Shown piece by piece: positions 7,914-16,135 of a stretch of 64,000 bases of DNA (within the stretch, counting starts at the first letter, position 1; every line of letters begins with the position of its first letter). The position numbers and the translations under genes were made by a program. The notes beneath the pieces were generated by a model that did not search any database, had not been told where the DNA came from, and saw only the letters and a list, made by a program, of their open reading frames with translations. Source of the DNA: Acidimicrobiales bacterium (GTDB taxonomy: Bacteria > Actinomycetota > Acidimicrobiia > Acidimicrobiales > Bog-793); the NCBI GenBank assembly GCA_035294725.1, contig DATGKK010000125.1:502-64501 (forward strand), in the 5' to 3' direction.

Positions 7914-9607
7914 GAACCCGAGTTGCCATCGTGGGCAGCGGGCCGGGTGGCGCGACGGCCGCCATGGTGCTCGCCGAGGCGGGCCTCGACGTCGTGGTCT
8001 TCGAGAAGGGCGCCAATTTCTTCACCGACCTCACCTCCGAGCGCCCGGGCACGGTCTTTTCGAATGACGAGCTGAAAGACGACCGGAGCTTCGCCGAGCC
8101 CGACTCCATCGCCGAGCCCCGGGTCTTTCGCACCTCCCCGTCGGACTCGAACCCGTTCGTCGGGGCAGTCCAGTCGCTCCCGCAGACGGTGGGAGGGGGC
8201 GCCGTGCACTGGGACGCGAAGACTCCCCGCTACTGGGACATCGACTTCCAGAAGCTGAGCCTGCTCGGGCCGCTGCCCGGAGCCGCCGTCGAGGACTGGC
8301 CGTTCACCTACGACGAGATCGCCCCCCACTACGACGCCGTCGAGGCGCTCATCGGCGTCCAGGGCGACGTGGCGAGCCTCCCGGAGCTGACACTCCGCCA
8401 CGCTCCCCGCTCGGGAAACTTCCCGATGCCGCCCGGCCCCCCTCAGTACTCGTCCCTCCTCGCCGCCAAGGGCGCGAGGTCAGTTGGCCTCCACCCCTTC
8501 CCTGCGGCGATGGCCATCAACAGCGTGCCCTATGCCGGTCGTCCGGCCTGCAACGACTGCGGGTTCTGCTCCGGCTACGGCTGCCCGATCCTCGCGAGGA
8601 TCGGCGCCCTCGCACCGCTCCGCCGAGCGCTGCTCGCCGGCGCCGAGGTGCGGGAGCGCTCGGTGGTCGTGCGGGTGGGGCACCAGGGGCGCAAGGTGGA
8701 CGGCGTGCTCGTGATGAGGGAGGGCGGCGGCTACTACCGGGAGCACTTCGACGCCGTCGTGCTCGCCGGGAACGCGATCGAGTCCTCCCGTCTCGCCCTT
8801 CTCTCCGAGCTGCCGGATCCGTACGGGACCACCGGTCGCTACGTGATGTTCCACTGGTTCACCGACGCCTCTGGCCTGTTCTTCTCGGAGCGGCTGCATG
8901 CCTACCGGGGGCGCGACCACACCCACGACATCGACGACTTTGCCGACCCCGACTTCCCCGGGGCGCGGGCCGCCGCCAGAGAGGCCGGCTTGCCCTACTT
9001 CCGGGCGGGCAAGGTCGAGATGGGCGGGACCGATCGCCCTCTCGGAGAGGCGCACCAGTACCTCGAGATCTTGCCGGTGCTCTCACCCCGCAAGCCGTTC
9101 GGGGTCCCGTTCAAGAAGCTGATGCGGGCGAGCCTGCTGCGTGACCGCCTGCTCGGCCTCACCCTCATGGGCGAGGACTTGCCCTACGCGACCAACCGTG
9201 TCGACCTCGACCCGTCGGTCCGCGACTGGCGGGGCCACCCGGTCGCCCGTATCACCTACAGCCCCGGGCGCTATGAGCTGGCTGCCCAGGCCTTCTACCT
9301 CCCCTGGCTGGTGAAGCTGCTCGACGGCGCCGGTGCGGACGTGTCGATCGCGATCCCCCAGGACCCCTCGAAGACCTTTCCGATCGGCGCCAGCCCCGTG
9401 ATCGACACCGAGCACGTCATGGGGGGGATGAGGATGGGCACGAACCCCCGCACGAGCGTCACGGACGGCACGGGCCGGCACCACCAGCTCGACAACCTCT
9501 TCGTGGCCGACGGCTCGGTCTTCCCGACCTCCGGGGGGCACAACCCGACGCTGACTATCATGGCGACGGCGCTGAGGAACTCGAGGCAGTGGGCACGGTC
9601 GTTGTGA
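7910..9607 (+). CDS. GMC family FAD-dependent oxidoreductase (large subunit)
   Basis: 565-aa ORF with the N-terminal motif VAIVGSGPGGATAAMVLAEAGLDVVVFEKG and the C-terminal GMC motif HVMGGMRMG...LFVADGSVFPTSGGHNPTLTIMA. Confidence 0.9.
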   Translation: MRTRVAIVGSGPGGATAAMVLAEAGLDVVVFEKGANFFTDLTSERPGTVFSNDELKDDRSFAEPDSIAEPRVFRTSPSDSNPFVGAVQSLPQTVGGGAVHWDAKTPRYWDIDFQKLSLLGPLPGAAVEDWPFTYDEIAPHYDAVEALIGVQGDVASLPELTLRHAPRSGNFPMPPGPPQYSSLLAAKGARSVGLHPFPAAMAINSVPYAGRPACNDCGFCSGYGCPILARIGALAPLRRALLAGAEVRERSVVVRVGHQGRKVDGVLVMREGGGYYREHFDAVVLAGNAIESSRLALLSELPDPYGTTGRYVMFHWFTDASGLFFSERLHAYRGRDHTHDIDDFADPDFPGARAAAREAGLPYFRAGKVEMGGTDRPLGEAHQYLEILPVLSPRKPFGVPFKKLMRASLLRDRLLGLTLMGEDLPYATNRVDLDPSVRDWRGHPVARITYSPGRYELAAQAFYLPWLVKLLDGAGADVSIAIPQDPSKTFPIGASPVIDTEHVMGGMRMGTNPRTSVTDGTGRHHQLDNLFVADGSVFPTSGGHNPTLTIMATALRNSRQWARSL

Positions 9608-11565
9608 CGGCTACGGAGATCGACGTACCGTCCGGAGGGTCCTCGGACCAGAGCACCGAGCGAGACCCCGACCTACTTGGCACCCTCGAGGTCGAGCTGT
9701 CGGCGCGATCCCCTCGCCGGTGGAGACGCGTCGCCGCCGGGCTCGGTGCGACAGCGTTCTTCCTCCTCGTGGGGTTCCTCTGCTACTGGCCCGACTCGCC
9801 CATCGCGAGCGGCCGGATCGTGACCCGGCCCACGAGCGACCTCGCACAGGGCCTGTGGTTCGTCGAGTGGTTTGCCTTCGCCCTCACCCACGGGCTCAAC
9901 CCCTTTTACACCCACTACCTGCTCGCCCCGAAGGGCGCGAACCTTGCCCTCGACAACACGGCGCCGCTCCTCAGCCTCCTCGTGATGCCCGTCACGCTGC
10001 TCGCGGGCCCGCTCGCTGCCTTCAACCTCCTGTTCCGGCTGGGCGTGGGGCTCTCGGGGGCAAGCACCTACTTCATGCTCCGCCGGTACACGAGCTGGTG
10101 GCCCGCCGCAGCGCTCGGGGGCCTCGTGTTCGAGCTCAGCCCGTACCTGATGGGGCACGCTCACCGTCACGACTTCCTCACCTTCGTCGTCTTCGTGCCG
10201 ATGCTGGTCCTTCTCGTCGACGACTGGCTCTGGTCGTGCCGCAGGGGACCGGTCGCCTCCGGGTTGCTCGTCGGCCTCGTCGCGGCGCTGCAGTTCCTCG
10301 TCTCGGTGGAGGTGCTCGCCGGGACGGCGGTGGTGCTCGCCGGGACGGTGGCCGTCCTGGCAGCCCGCCACCGACAGGCGGTCCGCTCCCGGCTCGCGAG
10401 GCTGTGGAAAGGCGGCCTCGCCGCTGGAGGGCTCTTCCTCGTCCTCACGGGATACCCGCTCTGGATGCTGCTCTACGGGCCGCAGCGCCCCGCGGCCGGC
10501 CTGCACGACCTCTCAAATCTCGCCCACTACCACGGCGACCTCCTCGCGCCGCTGTTCCCGAGCAGCTTCACCTGGTGGCACTTCAGCAACGTCGCGCAGC
10601 GGTTCGTGTACGCGAGCCGGGTGGAGGACGGCTTCTATCTTGGCGCCCCGCTCATCGTTCTGCTCGGCTGCCTCGCCATCCGTTTCCGGCGCGATCGCGT
10701 CGTCGCGATCGGAGCCCTTGTCGCCATCGCCGCCTTTGTCCTCGGGCTCGGCCCCCGGCTCTACGTCGACGGGAAGGACCTGCACGTGCCGCTCCCGTTC
10801 GCGCTCCTCACCCACCTGCCCTTGCTGAGGAACCTCGAGCCGGCTCGGATGACCCTGTTCATGTGGCTCGGCGCCGTCACCGTCCTCGCCGTAGGGCTCG
10901 ACCGGCTCCGCGCCGCCGGCTGGCGGTGGCGATCCCCGGCCGCCACCGAGCGAGGGCGCCACCTGAGGTCGGCATCTCCCGGGGCGTGGCCGCGGGCGCT
11001 GCTCGCCTGCGTCGCCGTCGCCGTCGCGCTCGCCCCTGTGATGCCGCGGCTGCCGATCGCTTCGAAACGTGTGGGTGCGCCGCCGTTCTTCGTGACGAGC
11101 CGCGACCTCCGGCTCGTCCCGACCGGTGCGCTCGTGCTGACCTTCCCCTACAACCTCGCTCCCTACGACGCCCCGATGGTCTGGCAGGTGACCTCCCGCA
11201 TGAGGTACCGCATCCTCGGCGGGGAGGCAACGGTTCCCGGCCCGGAGGGCGTTGCGCTCAGCCACCAGCGTCCTCAGGCCCCGGCACCCCTCGCGACGCT
11301 GCTCGTCTCGTCGTGGCGCAACTCACACGGACAGTGGGACCTGCATCCGCCCGACGGACCGGAGCTCGTTCCGATGCTGCGCTCGTACTTACGTCGCGAG
11401 GGTGTCGACGACGTGCTCGTGGTCCAAAAGGCGCTCCACTCCGTCCTTGTGGCGAGGATCGTCACCGAGGCCCTCGGCAGCTCGCCGCTGGTGGTGGGCC
11501 GTGTCGACGTCTGGCTACATGTGCGCTCCGCCCTCGATGGTCGACACCCCGATCGCCGCAGCTGA
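9589..11565 (+). CDS. large polytopic membrane protein, GT-C-fold glycosyltransferase-like
   Basis: 658-aa ORF with more than 10 hydrophobic helices followed by a soluble C-terminal domain. The start is GTG 9589 or GTG 9604 (GTGA overlap with the GMC stop). The family call is architecture-based only. Confidence 0.6.
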   Translation: MGTVVVTATEIDVPSGGSSDQSTERDPDLLGTLEVELSARSPRRWRRVAAGLGATAFFLLVGFLCYWPDSPIASGRIVTRPTSDLAQGLWFVEWFAFALTHGLNPFYTHYLLAPKGANLALDNTAPLLSLLVMPVTLLAGPLAAFNLLFRLGVGLSGASTYFMLRRYTSWWPAAALGGLVFELSPYLMGHAHRHDFLTFVVFVPMLVLLVDDWLWSCRRGPVASGLLVGLVAALQFLVSVEVLAGTAVVLAGTVAVLAARHRQAVRSRLARLWKGGLAAGGLFLVLTGYPLWMLLYGPQRPAAGLHDLSNLAHYHGDLLAPLFPSSFTWWHFSNVAQRFVYASRVEDGFYLGAPLIVLLGCLAIRFRRDRVVAIGALVAIAAFVLGLGPRLYVDGKDLHVPLPFALLTHLPLLRNLEPARMTLFMWLGAVTVLAVGLDRLRAAGWRWRSPAATERGRHLRSASPGAWPRALLACVAVAVALAPVMPRLPIASKRVGAPPFFVTSRDLRLVPTGALVLTFPYNLAPYDAPMVWQVTSRMRYRILGGEATVPGPEGVALSHQRPQAPAPLATLLVSSWRNSHGQWDLHPPDGPELVPMLRSYLRREGVDDVLVVQKALHSVLVARIVTEALGSSPLVVGRVDVWLHVRSALDGRHPDRRS

Positions 11566-13198
11566 GCGGCCTCGCCGTCGTTCCCACGGGAGCGCGCGGC
11601 TGCACGGGCGGCGATCGGATCGCACCCCAGCTGCCACGAGTGGGACCGTCCGGCCGCCCGCCCGATCTCTCGCGATCCTCCCGGCGATAGCGGCTCTTGC
11701 CATCTGCGTGATCCCACTCACCTGGCCCCACCACTGGGCGGGGGTGTTCTCCTACGACGAGGGCGCCTATGTCGGGTCTGCCATCGAGCTCGCCCGGGGC
11801 CTCGTGCCCTACAAGGACTTTGCCTTCGTCCAGCCGCCGGGCATCTCGCTCCTGCTCGCCCCGGTGGCCGGCCTGTTCCGCCTCGCCGGTCTCGGGACCG
11901 AGGATGTCCTATCGGCGGCTCGGGTGATGACAGCGATCGCCACAGCACTCGGCTCGGGACTGGCGGCTCTTGCTCTCCGTCACCGGGGGGTCGTCGGGAT
12001 GATGGTGGCCGGCGGGGCACTGGCCGCCTTCCCGCTCGCCTACACCGCGTTCAGCTCCACGCTCCTCGAGCCATACCTCGACCTGTTGTGCCTTGCCGGC
12101 GTGGTGCTGCTGTTCCGCGGCGGCCACCTCGCGACGGGCTGGCGGCTCGCCCTGGCCGGCCTCGCGTTCGGGCTGGCCTTCGGCTTCAAGGTGTGGGCCG
12201 TCATCCCGGCCGGCCTCGGCGTTCTCTGGGTCTTCCGCTCCGGTGCGCGGGACGTTGCGCGATACACGGGCGGAGTCGTCGCGGGGGTGGCCGCGATCTA
12301 CGGTCCCTTCCTCGCCCTTGCGCCGCGGGCGTTCATCCGCGACGTCTTTCTCGCCCAGGTGAACCGTCTCGACCTCGTCGGCTTCGGCTTCCACCGGTTC
12401 GTGCTCGTGAGCGGCGTCAAGTACCTGCGTCTCCCCGCATGGTGGGCCGTCCTGCTCATCGCCGTCTGGGTGGCGCTCCTTGCCGCAGCACATCTCCTCG
12501 CCCCCACCGCCGACAGGTCTGGGCGGTCCTTCGAATGGTACGTCGCCGTGGTGGCCGTAGTGATCCTGTGCATCTTGATGCTCGGTCACCCCTACTACGC
12601 CCACTACTCCGACATCCTCGCCCCATGGGCGGCGCTGTCGGCCGGCTCTCTTGTGGCCCGGGCCGTCGTCGGAGCCTCAGGGCGGCTCGCGCTCCGAGGC
12701 TCTGCCGGGGATCCTGCACGGTCACGGCGGAGTATGACCGGGCTGGTGATGGCCGTCGTGCTCGTGGCGATCGTGGTGGTGCCGACGCGCGAGCTGTGGT
12801 CGGCCCGTAAATTCGACACCGCGCCCCAAAATGCGGCGATCCTCCGTCTTGTCTCAGCGACGCCAGCCACGAGCTGTGTCGTGAGCGACGAGTCGGAGAT
12901 GCTCGAAGCCGCCAACCGCCTCACCACGGGAGGACCCCTCTGCCCGGTCGTCATCGACTCCGACGGCGAACGCCTCGTCACCTTGGCGGAGCTCGGCCGG
13001 CGGCGCGCGGCCTACGTGGCTCTTGCCGCCCAGTGGCAACGGTGGTTCGGCCGCGCCCGTTACGTCTACCTCACTCGGCGGTTCCACCTTCGCATCCCCT
13101 GGACGCGGGAGCTCTCGGGCTGGTTCCACCGCCACTTTGTTCGCGTACGGCTGCCGGCTCGCGACGAGATCCTCGGCTGGTGGTTCCGGCGGCGCTGA
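11537..13198 (+). CDS. polytopic membrane glycosyltransferase, GT-C (ArnT/PMT_2-like)
   Basis: First TM LAILPAIAALAICVIPL, then the loop motif FSYDEGAYVGSAIELARG (GT-C D-E-x-x-Y type), then many TM helices. The only in-frame starts are ATG 11519 or 11537, both overlapping the upstream gene end (11565). Confidence 0.6.
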   Translation: MVDTPIAAAERPRRRSHGSARLHGRRSDRTPAATSGTVRPPARSLAILPAIAALAICVIPLTWPHHWAGVFSYDEGAYVGSAIELARGLVPYKDFAFVQPPGISLLLAPVAGLFRLAGLGTEDVLSAARVMTAIATALGSGLAALALRHRGVVGMMVAGGALAAFPLAYTAFSSTLLEPYLDLLCLAGVVLLFRGGHLATGWRLALAGLAFGLAFGFKVWAVIPAGLGVLWVFRSGARDVARYTGGVVAGVAAIYGPFLALAPRAFIRDVFLAQVNRLDLVGFGFHRFVLVSGVKYLRLPAWWAVLLIAVWVALLAAAHLLAPTADRSGRSFEWYVAVVAVVILCILMLGHPYYAHYSDILAPWAALSAGSLVARAVVGASGRLALRGSAGDPARSRRSMTGLVMAVVLVAIVVVPTRELWSARKFDTAPQNAAILRLVSATPATSCVVSDESEMLEAANRLTTGGPLCPVVIDSDGERLVTLAELGRRRAAYVALAAQWQRWFGRARYVYLTRRFHLRIPWTRELSGWFHRHFVRVRLPARDEILGWWFRRR

Positions 13199-13253
13199 GG
13201 GTCCGGAGAGCACTCCGGTGATCGGGCAGCCCGTCGAGGTGCCTCCTCCACCG

Positions 13254-14867
13254 ATGGCACCGCAGCGTGCGAGTACGAGCTCCGGGCAGCCTCCCGACCA
13301 GTCGCGGCGTCGACCGGGCTGGCGCCGCCTGGTTGTCGTCCTCGTGCCGGCCGCCGTTGCCGTCGCGCTGTGCGCCGTCGACCTGTCCGGCCGGAGCATC
13401 TGGATCGACGAGTCGGCGACACTCAGCATCGCGAGCCAGCACGGAGCGGCCCTCTGGGCTGCCATGCGGCGGGACGGCGGCAACATGCTCGCCTACTACG
13501 CCCTTGTGCACCTGCTGTTCTCCTGGTTCGGTGACGGCACGGCCGTGCTGCGTGCGCCGTCGGTCGTGGCGGCTGGTCTCACCGCCGGGGCGGTGGCGGC
13601 ACTTGGAGCCCGCCTGTTCCGTCCCGTCGTCGGGCTCGCCGCCGGCCTTCTCACGGCCGTCAGCGTGGCGTACGTGTACTGGGGCCAGAACGGACGCGCC
13701 TACGCCTTCATGTTCGCCTTCGTCGCCCTGTCCTATGTCGCCTTTGCCCACCTCGTGACCGGCGACTCCCGGCGCCGGCCGGGCCACGCCTCGCGCCTGG
13801 CGGCGATCGGCTACAGCGCGGCTCTCGTCCTCGCGCTCTACATGAGCTTCGTCGCCGTCCTCGTTGTGCCGGCGCAGCTGGTCTCGCTCTACTGGTACCG
13901 GCGCCGGTTCGGCCTCGTCGCGGCGTGCCTCGCGGTGGCGGCGGTCGCCTCGGTTCCCATCGTGCTCCTTGCACACGCAAGGGGGTCCTCGCAGCTGTTC
14001 TGGGTCCCCCGCCCGAACCTCCAGTCGGAGTCGGAGGTCGTCCAAGCCGTGGCCGGCTCCGGCCTGCCGCCGGTGTTCCACAACACCGCCTCGAGCGTTC
14101 CGCTTCTCGTCCTCACTGTGCTCGGCGTCCTCGCGGCCGCCACCGCCGGTCTCCGCCGTGCCAGCCGGCAGCCACTGGCCGACGGGATCTCCCCCGCTCG
14201 GTGGGCGGGTGCGCTCGTCGCCGCCTGGCTCGTCGTGCCGACGGTGCTCGATTTCGCCGAGTCGCTCGTCGGCCAGTCGGTCTTCGAGTCCCGTTACCTG
14301 CTCATGTCGGCGCCCGCCGTGGCGCTGCTCCTCGCGTGGGGGCTGTTCGAGTCCGGGCTCGCTCCGGCCCTCGCATGGTGCGGGCTGGCGGGCCTGCTCG
14401 TGCTCCGCGGCGCTCAGATTGTGCCGACCTACGGCGTATCGCCGGAGGACTGGCACGCGGCGACGGCCTACGTGCTCGCTCGGGAACGCCCCGGTGACTG
14501 CGCGCTGTTCTACCCCTCCGACGTCCGCCAGGCGTTCGACTACTACCTTCTCCACTCGAGTGCTCCCCGGAGCTCGTGGCCGAGACCCGTCCTGCCGACG
14601 GCGCCGTTCACGGAGGTCCGCCCCTACGTCGAGGACTACGCGACGCTCGGCGGCGCGCAGCTCGACGCCGTGGCCCGATCCTGCCGGCGGGTCTGGTTCG
14701 TTTCCTCCCACGCCGGGGTGCCGAACGGCACGCCGCTCTCCCGGGTCCACTACTCCCGCTACCTCGCCCTCGTGCGCGGGCTCGAGTCCCGCTACGTTGG
14801 CCACCGCCTCGTCCGAATGAGCTACGCAAGCCAGATCGACATCTGGCTGTTCCAGGACCGCCGGTGA
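13254..14867 (+). CDS. polytopic membrane glycosyltransferase, GT-C (family 39 / mannosyltransferase-like)
   Basis: After the first TM comes SIWIDESATLSIA, the typical LWxDEaxS loop of bacterial GT39/PMT_2 proteins. Multiple TM helices and a soluble C-terminal domain follow. The start is ATG 13254 or GTG 13218. Confidence 0.7.
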   Translation: MAPQRASTSSGQPPDQSRRRPGWRRLVVVLVPAAVAVALCAVDLSGRSIWIDESATLSIASQHGAALWAAMRRDGGNMLAYYALVHLLFSWFGDGTAVLRAPSVVAAGLTAGAVAALGARLFRPVVGLAAGLLTAVSVAYVYWGQNGRAYAFMFAFVALSYVAFAHLVTGDSRRRPGHASRLAAIGYSAALVLALYMSFVAVLVVPAQLVSLYWYRRRFGLVAACLAVAAVASVPIVLLAHARGSSQLFWVPRPNLQSESEVVQAVAGSGLPPVFHNTASSVPLLVLTVLGVLAAATAGLRRASRQPLADGISPARWAGALVAAWLVVPTVLDFAESLVGQSVFESRYLLMSAPAVALLLAWGLFESGLAPALAWCGLAGLLVLRGAQIVPTYGVSPEDWHAATAYVLARERPGDCALFYPSDVRQAFDYYLLHSSAPRSSWPRPVLPTAPFTEVRPYVEDYATLGGAQLDAVARSCRRVWFVSSHAGVPNGTPLSRVHYSRYLALVRGLESRYVGHRLVRMSYASQIDIWLFQDRR

Positions 14868-14885
14868 GCGCCGAGCGCGCGGGCA

Positions 14886-16070
14886 TTAATCAAAGCCGGC
14901 GACGGGATGCTGGTCGCGCAGGTACTCGGCGAACAGCGGCACGGTGAAGTCGATCTGACCCCGCCGTGGCGACCAGACGAGCCCTTTTTGGAGCAGCCCG
15001 TCGCGATGCGGTGACGTCCTGCGCTGGTCGGTCGCGCCCCATGCCCGGCTGACCTCGGCCGTGGAGTACGGGCCGGCTCCGAGCGAGGCCATGGCGGCGA
15101 GGTAGCGCTGCTCGGCGTCGCTCGCCATTGCGAGGCGGGTCCCGTAGAAGGTCCGGCTCAGCTGTTCCCGGACGAGGTCGTGGACCTCCCGGACGTCGCT
15201 CAAGGTGATCGGAGACCGCTCCGCGGCGTTCCACAGCTCGCGCCCGTACTCCTGGAGGAAGTAGGGGTAACCGGCGGCGAGCCGCACGACCTCGCGCGCG
15301 GCCTCGAGCTCGAACTCGACCCCGAGGGTGGCGGCGGGCTTCACGAGGGCCACCCGCGCCTCCGGGTCGCGAAGGCTCCCGAGCTCGCGGTACTCGAATA
15401 ACCGGTCGGCGTAGGGCTTCGCCCGCATCAGGCGGACCTTGAGGTCGGGGAGGCCTGCTCCGACAAGTGCCACGGGGAGTGCCTCCCGGCTGATCGTCTG
15501 GAACGCCATGCAGACTGCCGCCAGGCAGGCTGCATCGAGGTTGTGCATCTCGTCCACGAGGAACAGGGCGCCGCTGCCGGCCGAGCGCGCCGCCTCGCCG
15601 ATCTCGCGGAGCAGGTCGACGAGGTCCTGCTCGGGGTCGCCCGAGTCGGCCACTCCTCGTGTAGGCGCGACGTCGAGCTTCAACTGGACTCCTCCGGGGC
15701 CAACGAGGCTGAAGGCCTTCACGACACCGAGCGCCCGGTCGACCCGCTCCTTCATCCGGTACCGCCGGCTCATCTCGCGAAGCAGCCTGGAGGCCATCTG
15801 GGCGAAGGTCGCTCGGAAGTCCGGCTGGGAGCCAACCTCCTGGACATCGGTCGTCGCCCAGCCCGCCTCGGATGCGAGGACGTCGAACTCGAGGAGGAGC
15901 ACCGTCTTGCCGACGCCCCGCAGCCCGTAGTACACGAGGCTGCGGTCCGAGCCGCCGCCGGAGAGGATCTCGACGAGCGAGCTGAAGTCCTCGAGGTCGC
16001 GGTCCCGGCCGGCCAGGTAGGGCGGCTTGCGGCCTGCGCCCGGGGTGTAGGGGTTGTCCCGGCGTTGCAC
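14886..16070 (-). CDS. AAA-type ATPase (ATPase_2/AAA_16-like) with C-terminal winged-helix
   Basis: 394-aa ORF. N-terminus NPYTPGAGRKPPYLAGRDRDLEDF, Walker A GLRGVGKT, Walker B LFLVDEMH, and C-terminus LLQKGLVWSPRRGQIDFTVPLFAEYLR. Confidence 0.7.
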   Translation of the reverse strand: MQRRDNPYTPGAGRKPPYLAGRDRDLEDFSSLVEILSGGGSDRSLVYYGLRGVGKTVLLLEFDVLASEAGWATTDVQEVGSQPDFRATFAQMASRLLREMSRRYRMKERVDRALGVVKAFSLVGPGGVQLKLDVAPTRGVADSGDPEQDLVDLLREIGEAARSAGSGALFLVDEMHNLDAACLAAVCMAFQTISREALPVALVGAGLPDLKVRLMRAKPYADRLFEYRELGSLRDPEARVALVKPAATLGVEFELEAAREVVRLAAGYPYFLQEYGRELWNAAERSPITLSDVREVHDLVREQLSRTFYGTRLAMASDAEQRYLAAMASLGAGPYSTAEVSRAWGATDQRRTSPHRDGLLQKGLVWSPRRGQIDFTVPLFAEYLRDQHPVAGFD

Positions 16071-16082
16071 GAGACGAATCTA
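16071..16082 (-). promoter_or_regulatory. -10 box TAGATT located 6 nt upstream of the GTG start (candidate leaderless promoter of the ATPase gene)
   Basis: The minus strand reads TAGATT-cgtctc-GTG(16070). There is no Shine-Dalgarno sequence. It lies in a locally AT-rich 65-bp spacer. Confidence 0.4.
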
Positions 16083-16124
16083 GCTGTGTCTAAGCCATGA
16101 ATATGCCTGCTTAGAAAATGCTAG
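16080..16124. repeat. 45-bp composite inverted repeat in an AT-rich spacer
   Basis: CTAGC-tgtgt-CTAAGC (16080-16095), a 13-nt centre, then GCTTAG-aaaat-GCTAG (16109-16124). Both outer 5-mers and both inner 6-mers are exact reverse complements. Confidence 0.7.
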
Positions 16125-16135
16125 AGAACCGCTGC

